From Vicugna vicugna (lineage: Eukaryota): a DNA stretch of 64,000 bases. Position numbers and translations under genes: made by a program. The DNA lies in NCBI GenBank assembly GCA_013265495.1, contig MU058584.1, positions 310,001-374,000 of the forward strand, written 5' to 3'. The notes beneath the pieces were generated by a model, which was not told the DNA's origin, searched no databases, and saw nothing but the letters and a program-made list of their open reading frames with translations. Numbering within the stretch: position 1 is the stretch's first letter; the number at the start of each line of letters is the position of its first letter. Shown here piece by piece: positions 51,769 to 64,000 of this stretch.

Positions 51769-52329
51769 TATTTCCACTTACAGGTAGGGACATTAGGTGC
51801 TGTCCTCTTGAGTGTCATAACATCCCTTGGCTAGTGAAAGGCAATTCCCACTGGAACTGGGACTCCAGAGCCCCTGCTGTATTGTATGCCACCTCTCAGA
51901 GCTGGTTCTGATAAAAAACTATCTCCCTTCTTGGAGTAGAGGATCATGGAAGGCAATTCCATTATTACAGTTAGCAAGTACTTCCTGAGTACTGTGCAGG
52001 CTGGGTACAGTGACCGTGAGCAAGACAGCGGCTGGCTGCAGGGGTCGTGCGATGTAGATCACACAAGGTTGGCATCCCATGGGCTCTTCAGAATTATCCA
52101 GGCAACAGAAAGAACAGGGTGCTTTCTATACGCACTCTATTTTTTTGGTGGTGAGGGCATTAGGTGTACGATAGGCATTTTGTCTCTCCACCAGCCTGTG
52201 TATAGATGAGTGGAGGAGGTACTGAGGACATTCTTGAAAAAATTCAGTTGTACAAAGCAGTTAGGCCACATGAACAGGGGCCACGGTATAACTGTTGTCC
52301 TCTAGGACTTGTGCTGATTGTGACCACAA

Positions 52330-52470
52330 AGGTGAGCTCTAAGGTTCTGGCTGCCCAGTTATCCTGTGACCGATTGAGAACTCAGGGTGCTCACAGTCTT
52401 TAAGGCATTAGCCCGCTATGACTCCCTTTGCCTGGCAAAGCAATAAAGTTGTTCTTTTCTATCCTCCCCA
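52330..52470 (+). mobile_element. ERV1-like LTR fragment (R/U5 region)
   Basis: aggcattagcccgctatgactccctttgcctggcaaagcaataaagttgttcttttct resembles LTR poly(A) regions. Extent uncertain. Confidence 0.45.
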
Positions 52471-54228
52471 CTCCCCCACCCCCCTCCCCAAAAGAAATCA
52501 GTAGGTGTAAAGTGCTCCTTTGTAACCTTCCTAGCCTTCCTCAAAGCCTGTTATGTCAGTGTGCATATGGTATGGGAGACCTGCGCTAATGGCAGAGTAC
52601 ATAGCTCAGCTCTCAGCTGATGGGTGGGACTGAGTTGTTACCTGCTCAGAAGGGGGAGGAGGCCCTGGCATACTCTTGCCTCACCCTGAAAGTGAACTTA
52701 GCAGTCTGATGGAGTGGCCCTGATGGCATCTTAAACATAGGTTGGTTCCCGATGCTTCTCCATGCTTGTAATTTCATAGACTCTTATATTCCACTGGGAC
52801 AGCAGATGGGTTGCTGAGGAGGGTAATCTTTGCTTGTTTTTCAGATTTTGGTCTCATTGAAATGGTGGTGATGTGTGCGGAGTTAGACATGGTAAACTTC
52901 TGCTTGATTTATTCTTCCCCTGGAGCCCACAAAACCCGTAAGACAGAATTAGAGAACTAGTCCCTAATCAAGCTTGTTAGGGCTAACCATAAACACAGTC
53001 TTGTTGATGGATGGATGGATGGTTTAATAAACATCTACTGAGCAGGTGAGCTGAGTCTGCAGGCATGCCCTGGACCTGGCCAGGAAGTGGACGTGGACAC
53101 GTGGCAGATTCGTGGACATTGTGAGGTCATCTCTTCCTTTCTTTTGACTTGATACTAGTTGAAGCTCAGGCTCTGACAGGTTTGGTGATTTATCCAAGAT
53201 CACACAACTAGTTTAGGATTGAATTGTGACTTCTGTCCTGTTGTGGTCCCTTCTGAACTGATCCAGCTGTCAGTGTGTGGGTGGGAGTGGGCCAGGTGTC
53301 GCTGTCCGATGGAGTTCTTAAGTCCAGCACTGGGCAATCACGTGTCATCTCCTGCTCCTTACAGTGCTTCTGGGAATGTGGTCTCTTTGCCATAAAGTAG
53401 GTCCTGTGGGGTGGGGTTGTGTGAGGCAGCTCTCCTCAAGTCCATCTGAGGCCCCACTGGGATTCTGCAGGGATTTTATGTCATGAATGCGAGCGTGACC
53501 CAAGTTTCTTTTTTTCTTAGCTCAGTGTGGACAGTCGGTAACAATTCTAGGAACCATGGCATCATAACTTATCCTTAGTGGGGATTGATTAATGGCGTAG
53601 AGACAGGATATGTGGGTACTGTACGACATTAGAAGATAAAGCTGGGAGACGAGGAGACAATGTTAAATTGTCTTTTATACTATCTGTATGTCAAGTTCTA
53701 TGGGGATCATTTTAGGCCATGAATCTGCCTGTAAATGGAGTTCTCTTATCCTGTGAGTATGGTTACTTGTGCCACAGAAAGGTGGAGGAGCTTGGTGTGT
53801 CTGGAGACCTGTGTTTTCAGGCTAGCCTTGATGCTAACTCGTCCTCCTAAGATTTTGGCCAAGTCCCTTAACCTTTCTCAGCTCCAATTTCTTAATCGAT
53901 GGAATGGGGCTAAACCATCCTCACAGGATTCTTGGGAGTATTAAATAACACAAGTCAACTGTAAAATACTTTTCAAAGGCTAATTACCATAAGGAGTTTA
54001 TTGGAATAGTCTTTGAAACCAGTATAGAGGGTCTCTCTGATTACTGTAGCTACCACTGATTTCTCTCTTCTCTGGTCACCTGTTGTATTCATCCTGTTTA
54101 ATCCTCATTGGTGAATATCATGTTTCAAATTGCTACTAGTTTTTAGAGTTCTCTTTTGCTCTTGTCTGTTTTTAACCACTAGCATTTAAGGAGACTTTCA
54201 GGAAGTGCTTTTAAAATTTCTTTATTCA

Positions 54229-54311
54229 GGGGAAGGGTTATCTCACAGTGGTCAAGCATGTGCCTAGCATACACAAGGTCCTGGGGTCAGTCTCCAGTAC
54301 TTCCATTAAAA
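54229..54311 (+). mobile_element. Camelid tRNA-derived SINE (diverged)
   Basis: ggggaagggtta...agcatgtgcctagcatacacaaggtcctggggtcagtctccagtacttccattaaaa. Confidence 0.75.
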
Positions 54312-54729
54312 CCTTTTTGTTGTTGTTGTTGTTATTCAACAAATATTAATCAGGCATCTTCCAAGCATAGGCTCTGCAGTGGAGATAGAATGGTAAATGA
54401 GCTACTGATGGTCCTTTCCTCTATGCCATCTTCCAAGGGAGGGTGTCTGCCTCTGACTAAATAGTTCCAGTGAGGGAAAAGTTTTCACTTTCCAGGTCAG
54501 CATATTTTGTGTGGAGATGGCTCAGATTTTTAGAAGACGACTCCTTGTCTGGAGGACCAGTGTCTTTCTGGTATCTTAATCAGTTGAAGCATAATCAGGC
54601 CTCTTGGCATGAATTTAATTTTAAAAAAATTGAAGTATTTTAGGCATACAGAAACATGGGTAATGTGGGTAATAGAAGGATCATGTAGGTATCCACCACT
54701 CAAGATATTTTTCTTTTTCTCCCAAACTG

Positions 54730-54920
54730 CCTTTTTAAAAAATTGAGGTATAACTGATATAACATTATTAGTTTCAGGTATATAGCATAATGATTCTATA
54801 TGTATATATATTGCAAAGTCACCACAATAAGTCTAGTTAACATCTATCACCATACATACAAATTTTTTTCTTGTGATGAGAACGTTTAAGATTTATTCTC
54901 TTAGCAATTTTCAAATATGC
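54730..54920 (-). mobile_element. L1 3' end
   Basis: aattgaggtataactgatataacatt...ttgtgatgagaacgtttaagattt...cttagcaattttcaaatat. Confidence 0.8.
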
Positions 54921-56794
54921 TTTCACATTTAACTCTGGAATTTATTTTTATATCTGGTTTGAAATAGAAGTCTCATTTTTTTCCTTTATGGGGATAACCA
55001 GTTGTCCTGGCACCATTTTTGTCTGTCCTTTCATTCCACTGCTGTCGTATATCAAGTGTCTGGAGGTTTGTTTCAAGGCTTTCTGTTCTGTTGGTCTGTT
55101 GTCTCTCATTCCTGCAGAGCATCTATTTTAATTATCGTAGTTTTATTGTAAGTCTTGTGAATTAGCAGGACGATTCCCAACCTTAGGGTCTTGATTTTTC
55201 TTGGGCCTTCACTTCTTCATGAAAACTTTAGAAGCAGCTTAATATGTTCCTTAAAATAGAGATCTTTGTACTTACCACTTCCTTTCTTCTTCGGGTGAAA
55301 TTTTTATTCAGAATTGCATTGAATTTGTAGAATAATTTTGGAGATAATTGACATCTTTATGATATTTAATCTTTCAGCCCCTGAATGTGGCTTCTCTCTC
55401 TTATTTAGGCATTACTAATGCCCGATACAATTTTAGAATTTCTTAAATTTTTAGCCACCTTTTATTGGTTTGGAGATGCCTTACAGTTTTGGTTGCTATG
55501 GTAAGTGGCATCTGTTTCAGGCTTACATTTTCTAATGGTTGGGGGCTGGCATTCTTTGCTTGCATTTCATGGCTCTTTTCACCACCAGGCCTCCTTAACT
55601 GTCTCTCATCCTCTCTGTTCCACTCGTCTGTGTTCTCTCTTGCTTAGGCTGTTCAACAACAGACCTTTGAACTTACCAGAGATATGAAGGATTATTACTC
55701 CAAATGGCTCATAATCGTATGAGAGAATGCTCACCTTGACTCGGAAGAGTAATGTGGACTATACTGAGACAGCATTTCTCACTTAAAAGATTGGCAAAAT
55801 TTCAAAAGTTTGATAACATTCTCTGTTGGTAAGGCTGTGGAAGAAATATATATTCCTACTTGCTCGGCGGGTTGGGGGAATATAAAATAGTATAATACAT
55901 ATCTTTCTAAGGGGAGCTGGCTGTAAATAGTCCAGTTACACATGCATTTGCTCTTTGATATAGCAATCCTACTTCTAGAATTCTATTCTGAAGATTTACT
56001 GGCAAAAATCTTTTTTAAAAGTATGGATTTTGCTATGCATTGAAGTATTATTTGGAATAACAAAAGGCTGAACATGACCGAAATGGTCTTCACTAGACCA
56101 CTGGTTGGATAAACCAGATGTCTTCACATGAAGGAGAACTAGGAGGCTGAAAAAAGGAATGGAGTATATATCTATAATAGAGTGATAACGTGGATATATT
56201 AAGTGAAATGGCAATATACCATTTATTTAAGAAAGGAGAGAATATGTAGTTACATTAAAAAAAGAATAAGCCATAAAATAATAATTGAAAAAAACGATTA
56301 TCCTCAGGGGAAGAGAGGTAATTGGCTGGCTGGAGGGAAAAGGAATAAAACTTTGTCTTCTCTGAAGATACTTTGTTTTGTTAGTTTGGCTTTGAAACAT
56401 GCAAATTTTAAACATAATTTTAACACTAAATAATAATCAAGCAATCCCTGAGGAAATCAAATAAATCTGTGTATTGAGCTGGTTGGCATAATCCGTGGAG
56501 AGGAACTCTGCCAACTGGCTTTAAGACACAGTGATTTGATTGCACATTCCTAGTGACATACACCATAACGATGCCAAAAGTGCAGAAAACATTTTGGATT
56601 GCTTAATATTGTTTTGGGTGGTATTGGTATTGTTATTCTGAGATCCTTCTATTTGTGTTGTGGGAAAGAGTCAACAACTAATTACATTGGTAGGAGGAAG
56701 GAAACACCAACATGAGGATAGTGAGATTAAGTAAAATCTCCACAGCCCTGAATTTGAATTGAATGTATGTATGAACTCATGAAGCATTTCATTA

Positions 56795-56977
56795 TTTAAA
56801 AAAAATAGATTTAAAAAGTTTCTTCTGTATAGCACAGGGAAATATGTACAATATCTTGTAATAACCTTTAATAAAAAATATGAAAATGAGCATATGTATG
56901 TATATGCATGACTGGAACATTGTGCTGTACACCAGAAGTTGACACATTGTAATTGGCTCTACTTCAATAAAAAAAAG
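56795..56977 (+). mobile_element. Young L1 3' end
   Basis: tttcttctgtatagcacagggaaatat...tgtgctgtacaccagaagttgacacattgtaa...acttcaataaaaaaaa. Confidence 0.9.
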
Positions 56978-58026
56978 ATATTCTACCTCTGCCCACTGAC
57001 AAGGCCTAGGAACAGTGATGACAATGAGTACTCCTAGTGTCCATATAGTGATTGCCAAATACCATTTCCATATAAAAGGAACCAGGGCTCTTTGTAGAAA
57101 TGGCTGGTTTCAGATCTGGGGCAGGAGATACACAGAATGTGCCTGGAACATTATGTCACAGCAGAAAGCAGGGAAGGGCTTCCAGAGTCATGTCACAAAA
57201 GGACCCAGGAACTGACTTGAAGAGGTTGCCACTGGCCAGAGGGGACAGTCTGAACATCGTTAAGGATAATACTACAGTGGGTTGAAATACATTACACAGG
57301 TTTAAATACCTGAGTTTATAATGAATACACTGAAAAGGATCAGTCACTTTTGTAGGATGAAATTAACTCATTATTTTGAAAAGTGGTAAGTCAAGGAAAA
57401 GAAACATTTAACAAATGGTACTTTAGGATAGTCAAAGAGCTGATGAAAGGAACAGGGAAGTTTCTCTTTATAGAAGTAGCGCAGCTAAGAAATGAAGAGG
57501 GAATAATAAAATCATTACCATTTTGTAATACCTAATAAACTCAAGAGATCTAGGCAATGATCGAGGGCTATGGACAACATAAAAGATAACCAGACACAAT
57601 GTGCCTCCTGATGTAGCCTTGCCAAAAAAACCTGAACCCTAATCTGATTAAGCCTCCAGATTTAACAGATGTTTTTTACGATACACAAAGGGCAGAGGAA
57701 TATATTAAACAGTACCATGGGAATGCAATCAGCAAAATCCAGACTGTGAGAAATGCCATAAGAAAATAAGCAGGGTTTTAAAATAATTACCTATATTAAG
57801 TTGTGAAAAAAAGATGGTGGGTAAATTTGTAGATTAGAATAGACCTGTTAACCAGTTGCAGTGGCCCTTGTTTGTATATTAAGTGGAACAAACTGTTTAA
57901 AAATTTTTTTGAGACAGCAAGGAAAGACTTGAGCACTGGTTATTTGAAAGAAGTTAATTCTTTTTAGGTGAGATAATGTTGCAGTTATCTTTAAAGAAAG
58001 GTATTTATCTTTTAAAAATGCGTACT

Positions 58027-58922
58027 GGTCTGTAGCAGTCTCTTACATGATCCTTTGTATTTCTGTGGTGTCGGTTGTAACTTCTTTTTCATTTTTGAGT
58101 TTATTTTATTATTTTTTTTTTACTTTTTTTTTTTACTTTAACATTTTTTTATTGATTTATAATCATTTTACAATGTTGTGTCAAATACCAGTGTTCAGCA
58201 CAATAATTTTTGAATTTATTGATTTGGGCCCTCTCCTTTTTTCTCCTTGATGATCTGGCTAAAGATTTATCAATTTTGCTTATTTTTTCAAAAGAACCAG
58301 CTATTAGTTTCATTGATCTTTTCTTTGTTTTTTAGTCTCTACTTCATTTATTTTTGTCCTGATCTTTTTTTTTAATTGAAGTATAGTCAGTTACAATGTA
58401 TCAATTTCTGGTGTACAGCACAATGTCCTAGTCATGCATATACATACATATATTCGTTTTCATATTCTTTTTCATTAAAGGTTATTACAGGATATTGAAC
58501 ATAGTTCCCTGTGCTATACAGAAGAATTTTGTTTTTTTAATTATTTTTATGTATAGTGGCTAACTTTCACAAATCTCAAACTCTCAAATTTATCCCTTCT
58601 CACCCCCTTTCCCCTAGTAACCATAAGCTTCTTTACTATGCAAGTCTGTTTCTGTTTTGTAGATAAGTTCATTAGTGTCTTCTTTTCCCCTTTTTTTAGA
58701 TTCCATATACAAGTGATATCATATGGTATTTCTCTTTCTCTTTCTGGCTTTACTCTGATGTTTCTAATTTCTTTCCTTCTACTAACTTTGAGTTTTGTTT
58801 GTTCTTCTTTCTCTAGTTTCTTTAGTTGTTAGGGTTAGGTTGTTTATCTGAGGTTTTTCCTGTTTCCTGAGGTACTCTGGTATCACTAGAAAGTTCCCTC
58901 TTGGAACTGCGTTTGCTATGTC
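58027..58922 (-). mobile_element. Internal L1 ORF2 fragment containing two nested young L1 3' ends (about 58106-58205 and 58365-58750)
   Basis: Minus strand near 58250-58320 reads INETNSWFF(frameshift)EKISKIDKSLAR, similar to L1 ORF2 [22 protein letters not shown]. The first nested insert is flanked by atttttga(g/a)tttatt. Confidence 0.85.
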
Positions 58923-59334
58923 ATTTACTTTTGAAATAATATGATGGCTGGAATTCCTTTAAAATAAAAGGCTGATGAGGAAGTGGGTGGGTGTGACTGA
59001 AACCAGAATGGCCCTGAGTTGGTGGTGATTGAAACTGGGCAATGGATTCATGGGAGTTCATTCATTGTACTAGTCTCTCTACTTTTGTGTGTGTTTAAGT
59101 TTTTCAATGGTAAAGCCTAAAGGAACATAGTCTTAGCATAAATATGACTCAGAAGAGGTGAATTTCTGAAAAGTTTTTAAGTAAAGTGGGACTCTGTATA
59201 ACCCTCATTTTCATTTTATCTTTGTACATTAGAAATAAATTCCAAGAGAGGAACAGAACACACACTGGTTGTCTGGAATTAGTTCTTTTTGAGGGGAGGG
59301 GAGGGGAGATAATTAGCTTAAAATTTTGTTTATC

Positions 59335-59421
59335 TTTAATAGAGGTACTTTAATAGAGGATTGAACCCAGGACCTTGTGCATGCCAGACACGCACTGTAC
59401 CATCGAGCTATACTCTTTCCC
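59335..59421 (-). mobile_element. Camelid tRNA-derived SINE
   Basis: ggattgaacccaggaccttgtgcatgcc...gagctatactctttccc. Confidence 0.8.
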
Positions 59422-60706
59422 TAGTTCTGCTTTTAATTCAGTGATTCAGCAGCTCACCAAACCCTTTAAGCCCATGACTGCTGAGGGAGACAACCTACGT
59501 TTGCTCCCCTGGAAGACCATTCATCAGAAGACTTCTTTGTGTGGATTATGATTCTCCTGTAATCTGGCTCTGTCTTCTCTCATCATTACCTCCAGCCAAC
59601 TGCAGGCTGTAGTGTCTCTGTGGATGGAAAAGAATGTTTCCCTAATCCCAGGTGTTCCAGGGCCCTTTGAAAACCAGCAGCCTGGTGACGGTCTGTGGCC
59701 TCCCAGTGTCACTTGGCTGGTAGGTGGGATAGCTGGGATTTGAACCCGAGTCTCCAGACTCCCATTGCCCTGCACTCTATGCTTTTCTCCTATTTGGTAA
59801 GTTAAATTAAAATTAATTCTACATGTTGTTCCCCATGTGATGAAGGGTGTCTGTATTCTTCTTTGCTGAGCTTCCACTGTGCTGTTTAGAGAGAATTGTT
59901 GCCCTGAATAATTGATAGGCCACGGTGCCTGTCTGGGTACACGCTCACTAGCCAAATAACTTGTAACATGCCCAAGGAAATGAACGCAGCCTCCAGGATC
60001 TGAGGAATATTAAATTGGGGACAAGAACATTTTTAATATTGATAATACTCATAAGTATGGTGCTTTAGAGTTTGGAAAGTGTTTCACATAAATAGACCAT
60101 CTCCTTTGTTCCTCTTCACCACACCTGCTCTTACCAGTGATGGAATGGCTGGTCATGTCAGAAACGGCAGTCAGAGTCTTCTGACTCCACACTCCATGCT
60201 GCCTCCGCTTTGTCACACTGCCCATGTCATTTAGCAGAGGTTGAAAGTAGGAACGTATGATGTCTTTAGATGATGCCAGTGGTCCATTATTATGGCATAG
60301 GCTGCTGTCGTCACTGTCACCACCACCATCATTATCAAATGAGTAACGATTACTCCTCAAGTCAGTTTGGGGCTCACTGTGTGTCAGGCATGATCAGAAA
60401 CCAGAGTCCTTGTATTTTAAAATATTAAAATTTAATTCTAATAAAACCCTGTGGCATACACATTAACATCTTATTAGCTGTGGGATCTGGATAAGATTAA
60501 ATATTTTCCCAAGGTCATAGCGCTCACCAAGAGCTGAGCCAGGATTTGAACCCAGTGTGTCTGATGCCAGGGCCTGTTCTAACTATTAACTCATTCACTG
60601 ATTTTCATTAATTTATTCAATTAACAGATACTTACTGAACAACTACTCTATAGGAGGTACACTTTTTAGGCACTAGAGATACATTTGCAAACAAGACAGA
60701 TACACT

Positions 60707-60859
60707 TGCACAGGGAACTATATTCAATATCTTTTGGTAACCTATAATGAAAAAGAATATAAAAATGAATATGTATATGTGTATGTATGATTGAACTATT
60801 ATGCTGTACACCAGAAATTGACACAACATTGTAAACTGACTATACTTCAATTAAAAAAA
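60707..60859 (+). mobile_element. Young L1 3' end with 14-bp TSD, inside an L2-like fragment
   Basis: aagacagata(c/t)act at 60693-60706 and 60860-60873. Confidence 0.9.
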
Positions 60860-62639
60860 AAGACAGATATACTCTCTTGTTCTTAAAGAATTTACAACTA
60901 GTGGGGTGAGACAGACAGTAAACAAGGTATTTTTAGGCAATGAGGAAATAAAACTGGGTGGTATGACACAAAACGTCTGAAGTATGTGACAAGGGTGCTA
61001 TTTTAGGCTGGTCAGGGGGCTTCTCAGAGGTTAGTTAGGACTTGGGTCTTCTAGACAGAGGGGACAAGTGAAAATTAAGTCCTGTATTGGGAGCTGGCTT
61101 GGTGCGTTTGGGGAGCAGGACCAATACAAGAGAGGATGTGGAAGCCATTGGAGAGGGCAGGGTTGTCTGTCCAGTGGTAGGCATAGATTTGCAGTGAGCT
61201 CCCACATTTCCTGTCGCAGTTTCCATGGTGACCTGGGCATACCTAGGGTGAGTGGTTATTGCCTTTGACTGTGGACTAGAGGTCATTGACCTGTGAGGGG
61301 GGTTTCATTTCTGGGAAACTCCGTTTGAAAGAAATGATGTATTTCAAGACTGTTGGCTCTTATCTCACAACCAGTAGGACAGGTATAAGGGGAGACCTGG
61401 CTTGATGGCAAGTGTGAAAACAATTTTAGTGACATCAAGTAGCAGTAATGTCAAGTGTGACATGGTTGCCAAAAAAGTTGCTGCAGTCAGAGGCTTTCTT
61501 GATGGATGATACATGGAGAGGTAGTGCCTGCCAAATTCAAGGAGGATGTTCTTGGCCAAAAATGGAATAGGCATCTTTAGATGTGAATGCATTTCCTCAT
61601 AGTTGATGAGAAACCACACTGCCCCTTGTCAAGATGCTGCAAGATGATTTAAGCCTGAGCTGGAAGTGGGGGAGGAGTCAGATGGATGCTCTCTGGGCCT
61701 ACCAGCTTGCACTGAGAGCCTCATTGCCAGGTGGCAGTCAATGGGAGTGGTGGTGGTGATTAGAGGCAGTTTATGGAAGATGAAGGATCCAAAACCCGAA
61801 TTGTGTTCCTATGTGCCTCACAGTTGAGGCCAGTGGTCCTACATGCCCTGACTTCTTGTTGCACGGCTGCATAAGGTCACTGGTTTACTCCAGGAGCCTT
61901 AGTATTTTTAGTGGTGTCTTAATGCAGTTCTAGATTTTCCAGCTAACTGACACCATCTGTCTGTAATCACACTTTTCAGAGCTGCCTTGTTGTCATCAGT
62001 CTGCCCACCTATCTGATGGCTTGGAAACTAGATGTGCTCTCTGCAGACTTGCTGTACTTAAAGTTTTTTACTTGGCGTGGTCAATGAAGGTATCTTATAA
62101 CATCTGTAGAAGCCAGCAGAAGCCTTGGAACAATGGCTGGAGTTGTCATCTAATGATCAGAGCATCCTGGGCTCCAGTGTAAGGTGCACAAGGGTTATTG
62201 CTGGGTTTTGTTTGTGTAGCATTGGCTGTGTCTTTCAACATCTTTGGGTTCCAAGTCTTTTATCTCTAAACCAGTTGATAGAATTAGACCAGTGGCTCTC
62301 TGGAGGGCACATCCAACTGTCCCATCATTCAGAAGTGTTCTTTACCTGTGCTCTGCACCATCAGGAACATACTTGGTCTTTTAGACAGACTCCGACTTCT
62401 CAGAGCTTGCAACCTGAGACTTTCTGATATGGATACACATTTAAAAGACAGACTCCCGATAGATTATTGAACAGTTTTGTCGATAGTGTGATGAACCTGT
62501 CACTTCTGAAAAAGGGTTTTTTTTCCCTCCCACTTTCACTGCTTAGGTTAAATCATTTGCCCTAAGAACGCCCTCAAATACAGGCATGCATATACCATAG
62601 ACTGGGTATGTTAGCAGTTTAAGCATGTCAAGGGCATAA

Positions 62640-62745
62640 TACAGTGTCCTAGGTATCCCCAGGGATTTAGTTTCAGGAAACCCCATCCCCAGCTCCATAT
62701 GGAAATCCACGAAATGCTCAAGTCCCTTATATAAAATGGCATAGT
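62640..62745 (+). mobile_element. MER2/Tigger-like fragment
   Basis: tacagtgtcctaggtatcccc...atgctcaagtcccttatataaaatggcatagt, similar to the left part of 51422-51768. Confidence 0.65.
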
Positions 62746-63224
62746 CTGGTGGTTGGCAGAACTTGCACTCGGTGGAGGACTTGTGTCTGGTGGTCCATTG
62801 GAGTCCTGACAGTGGGATGTGCAGTGGGGCTGAGGAGAGTGCCTCCTCTCTCCTGTCCATCCTTCACCTCTTAGGAGGGAGGGCAGCCACAGTAGAGCAC
62901 CTGCCTCTTGTTGCTCCTGAGCACCCTTCTGAGGTGAGAGAATTAATTTATGGATGCAATTTAAAAAAGTTATTCTAAAGATAGTCATTATATAGAATTT
63001 GAAAACCCAGAACTTATAGAGAAAAATGTTGAGTCAATGGGAGGATAGTTTAAGTAGTGAGATGGTATATATTGTTTCTTTACTCATGGTCTTTGTGTAA
63101 GGTGGTGCTGTGTTTGACACACTACTTAATTTGAATGGAAAGAATTGTGGTGTCTTTCATCATAAACCCCAGTGTTGGAAGAGGCCATGTTGCTCTCTGG
63201 CGGGACAAGATCACTGTGCTTAGC

Positions 63225-63610
63225 TGGACTATCAGCTGGGGAAACAAACCAGTTGTCAAGAGATAAGTATATGAAGAGATTTGTTGCAAGGAACTGGTGT
63301 AGGTGATTGTAGGGGCTGTCAGGCCAAGTCTAAAATCTCTAGGTGAAGCCCTCAGGCTGGGTCTATTGGGCATGGACTGAAGCTGCTGGCCACAGGCAGA
63401 GTTTCTTCAGGGAATCCTCAGCGATGCTCTCAAGGCCTTTCAACAGATTAAATCAGGCCCATCCAAATTATCTAGGATAATCTTTACTTAAAGTCAACTG
63501 ATTATGGATCTAAGTCGTATCTATAAAATACCTTTACAGCAACACCTAGATTAGCATTTGATTGGATGACTAGGTACTGTAGCCTAGCCAGATGGACATA
63601 TATTAAACAA
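63225..63610 (-). mobile_element. MLT2-type ERVL LTR
   Basis: tacttaaagtcaactgattatgga...aaaatacctttacagcaacacctagattag...tgtagcctagccag. Confidence 0.8.
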
Positions 63611-64000
63611 GACAAAACCCATCATATTTGGTAAACTGTCCTGTTCGAAAATTAATCTGGAGAATTGGGTGCATCGTCTGCCTTTAGTCCTGTCTGTCTT
63701 TCTACAACCCTCCCTGCTAGGACATACCAGGTCTGGTCCCACCTAGACCTGTCTGCCTAGAACGTCATGTTCTGTCTGGCCTTCGTTACATTCATTTGTA
63801 CTTCTGCTTCCTGAGTATGCTTAAGAAGTCTTTTGTGTATCTGTGACCTTCCCCCATCGCTAAGTTGGAAGTTCTTGCAGGGGTGGGGTGGTGCCGTCCC
63901 TTGCATTTGTCTGTCTCTGGTCTGAATCCATGCTCCAGTGCTCTAAGTGACTTCTCAGTGACCAGTGACTACCACTGATGACTTATCTCCAGGTTCAAGA

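Larger units (their letters stand above)
55700..59115 (+). mobile_element. Old L1MC/ME-like 3' region hosting several younger L1 insertions
   Basis: agattggcaaaatttcaaaagtttgataac; ggaaccagggctctttgtagaaatggctggtttcagatc; atgggaatgcaatcagcaaaatccagactgtg; ctctctacttttgtgtgtgttt near 59080. Confidence 0.7.
28363..64000 (+). other. NOS1AP: NOS1AP intron 1 (runs past the window end)
   Basis: GT donor at 28363. The expected next peptide (YVGSLDVPRPNSR...) is not in the ORF track and I did not see it by eye. Confidence 0.85.

Overview
Mammalian nuclear DNA, very likely a camelid: it carries Vic-1-type tRNA-derived SINEs and cetartiodactyl-type young L1 3' ends. The only protein-coding sequence I can support is coding exon 1 of NOS1AP (CAPON) at 28258-28362 (+), [35 protein letters not shown]. 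It lies in a CpG island with a (CCG)n tract and is followed by a GT donor. Positions 1 to about 27600 are upstream intergenic DNA. Positions 28363-64000 are intron 1; I did not see exon 2. Much of the rest is transposon-derived (L1 of several ages, MIR/L2, MLT/MER21/MER41-like/ERV1 LTRs, MER2/MER5/MER63/Charlie DNA elements); family names are recognised from memory and most boundaries are approximate. I found no new protein-coding system. The most unusual structure is a ~0.6 kb inverted duplication in intron 1 (45774-46380 vs 49985-50570). It has perfect blocks of 95 and 102 bp and identity that falls towards the spacer. Also notable are TSD-bounded retroinsertions carrying non-L1 sequence (probable 3' transductions), an internal L1 ORF2 fragment with no tail, a solo ERV1 LTR with recognisable promoter signals, and a still-readable Charlie transposase fossil.
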